From: Pavona decussata
Taxonomy: Eukaryota
DNA length: 64,000 nucleotides
Assembly: GCA_977016875.1 (NCBI GenBank)
Contig: CDRNST010000056.1
Coordinates: 620,001 to 684,000, forward strand
Reading direction: 5' to 3'
Shown: positions 61,600-64,000 of the stretch, in pieces
Layout of the letters: every line of letters starts with the position of its first letter
Numbering within the stretch: position 1 is the first letter of the stretch
Made by a program: the position numbers and the translations under genes
The notes under the pieces: generated by a model
The model's database searches: none
Seen by the model: the letters and a program-made list of their open reading frames with translations, nothing else
Told to the model about the DNA's origin: nothing

Positions 61600-64000
61600 C
61601 ACCAACAGTTCGATTACATCCTATCATAACACCATACCTGTCTTTGGTTAAGGACTGGCTCACATGTTCAATTAATTCACTGAACTGGTCCGCATCTCAG
61701 TAAACCCATATAATGGGGAAATAGACTCAATGCAGCATTCACCGCCAGCGGCATTCGCTACATCTTCGACATCAAGATACACTGCAGTGTCACCATATAG
61801 TTCATGATATAGTGCATTTCCTTTGCATATTGCATTGATAAATGAATTAGTCCATATTTGAGGCAGCTGTTCCCAAAGAAGAGAAATGTCGAGTTGTTTT
61901 TTGAAACAGTATGCCCCAAATTGTATTGCTATTAAAGTGCAAGCATTACTACCTTGCCTCCCTCCTATTGTTGACTGAGAGATCTCCAAGGGGAATTTAT
62001 ACTAACACAAGTTGTTATTTACACGGTTGCCTTTGACCTGGATGAAATGACTATTTACATGAGAATGTTCTCCATCTAAATTCAAAGTTACATCACTGTA
62101 GCCTGTCTCAGAGTTTTGGTTGACAACTACCTGCCCTTTCCTGTAATTGAACCTCCCAAGACCAGGCCCATAGTTTAAAGCTGAAAGATTCCCCCCACTG
62201 GTGTGCTTTAGAACACTAAAAACAGATTCTAAAGCACTCCCATTTATTCTCAATGGGCTTATTAAGTACTTCCCATCTGGAGACACATTCGTGAAAAACC
62301 ATTCACAGAATGCAAGAACGCCATAGACAACAGTTTGCAGGAGGTCCCATGTCTGAAAAAAAAGTGGCATGTTGTTAGTGGTCATCAACGCAACATTGGT
62401 AGAGTATATTCAGCAGCAAGACACTGTCTTCTAGACGTCGCTGGATGAATTCGCTTACATTGACATTATTACAAAACTTTTGGCGACAACCTTCTGCTAT
62501 TTGGCTGAGTATATTGCGGAGAAAAGTCTCGATGTTGTCTTCAGCATCCGCCATGTTTGCCTCATTTCTACCATGCATCCACTCATCCTCGTTTCCAGGA
62601 CCTCTGAAGTGGTACCCAGTCTTCTTTTATAACAGATATCACAGACATTGAGTAATCTATACATGGGCTTGAAAATCATAACAGATATAACAGACATTGA
62701 GTAATCTATACGCGGGCTTGAAAATCATAATCTCTATCACGAGTGAACATTATATATCACAAGTTGTGACCTATATATCAAACGAAATGTTTTTATCACG
62801 AGTTGTAATGTATATATCAAGTGAAATAATGTTTTTATCACGAGTTGTAATATTTATATCAAGGAATGATTTATCACGAGGAGAATGATCTTTTTTGCCA
62901 CATTTGGCGCCCCATAAATTAAGGATGAATTACATGATCAAACAATGTTGTTTCAAAGCAAAATTGATGCAGATTTCTAAATCAAAGCAATTCTTATAGC
63001 TTACCACCCCGTATGGTAGCCAGAGACCACCTGTTTCCTCTTTTACCAGTTACTAAAAAGCAAATGAATAAGCAATAAGCCAAACACATGCACCTGACCT
63101 GACCTATTTCTGTTACATTGTTAATGATCATAATCTACCTTTTGCTTAGTAGAGATTCATATTATTTGCTATTTAAAGTATTGAGACCAATGATTTGCTC
63201 TCAATTCTGTGTGATAGTTGATTTGGTATGTACCCTTGTCATTTATCACATAGTAGAAACTAATCTCAGCTCATAATCTAATTGTTAATGAGAGATACAA
63301 CAACTTACCATTTCTTTGCTGTTCATTAAAGAAACTTACACGGTCCTTTTTCCACACTTATTCCAAGATATCACCAGAGGAATTTCCTTTGTTGTCATTT
63401 AATGGATTTCCTTCCATTACTATCTTTTTCAATTCGTCTTTCCCATCTTCTGAATCTTTGATGGCTTCTACAAGTAGACAAAGCTCAATGGATTGGTTCT
63501 CTGGAAGCTCAATTTTGGTCTTCTTGTAGAACCGGTGAACTCTCTTTTTAAGGCGCAGTCGGTCATTCTTCAGATGGGAATAGTGCTTCTGTTTGCTGCT
63601 TGGAGAGAGGTATTTGATGGGATACTTGCTCGAAGGGCTTTGACGTTTACATTTAGTTGGTGTATCTACATTGTTTTTTTCATTAATTCGTCGTTGAACA
63701 TAGCTATGTGCTCTGAGATATTCTCCACAAACATGAAACCTTCTTGCATGAGACTCATCCTTACGTGCTTGGGAGCTTGGAACATGCCAAACTTTACAAG
63801 AAACTGCCTGCACAATCTTAACAGGGTCTGCTAGTACTCTCACATTTTTAGGAATATAACCCAGTTTTCCTTCAACATCTTCCAGACCAATTAGACCAGG
63901 ACACAATGTGTGGTACTGGGTAAACCATCTAGAGACTAGAGAAAGCACTTCTTCACAACTGAAAGGCGAAAGTTTCTCTTTTGACACATCCTAAAATTCA
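61600..64000 (-). pseudogene. P-element/THAP9-like transposase remnant with a C-terminal Cys-protease-like domain
   Basis: Acceptor tttttttcAG|TWDLLQ...ISPLRINGSALESVFSVLKHTSGGNLSALNY resembles a P-like C-terminal E block. SQSTIGGRQGSNACTLIA follows. The upstream ORF 63358-63987 may be the N-terminal part. Confidence 0.5.
62375..62916 (-). mobile_element. 5' fragment of an IS3EU-like element with subterminal repeats
   Basis: Terminus TATGGGGCGCCAAATGTGGC at 62916, ~36-50 bp direct repeats at 62641-62880, and a short ORF MADAEDNIETFLRNIL... Confidence 0.4.

Overview
AT-rich eukaryotic DNA, most likely a cnidarian (scleractinian coral-like) genome, judged from repeat style and spliceosomal introns. 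I found no intact host gene, RNA gene or CRISPR array. The window is a nest of decayed transposons: piggyBac, Transib/RAG-like, Chapaev-like, Sola3, Harbinger, Kolobok, hAT, Tc1/mariner-type, Ngaro-type, Penelope, CR1/L2 and P-like. The stand-out is a nearly intact ~6.9 kb tyrosine-recombinase (YR, DIRS-class) retrotransposon on the minus strand (~10271-17180), lying inside an intron of a Chapaev/RAG1-like transposase pseudogene. It encodes Gag (CCHC), RT-RNaseH-adenine methylase, and a Zn-ribbon + ALOG + YR protein. None of the three ORFs has an ATG at its apparent 5' start. Each is preceded by a phase-0 polypyrimidine/AG acceptor and followed by its own polyA hexamer. A single upstream 39-codon Pro-rich ATG exon ends in a phase-0 GT donor that joins in frame to all three. 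This suggests expression by a shared leader exon with three alternative last exons. The first intron holds ~17 copies of a 56-bp double-palindrome repeat. The element ends look like att-type recombination junctions rather than LTRs, split direct repeats or ITR/ICR structures. All family calls come from motif recognition by eye; no searches were run.
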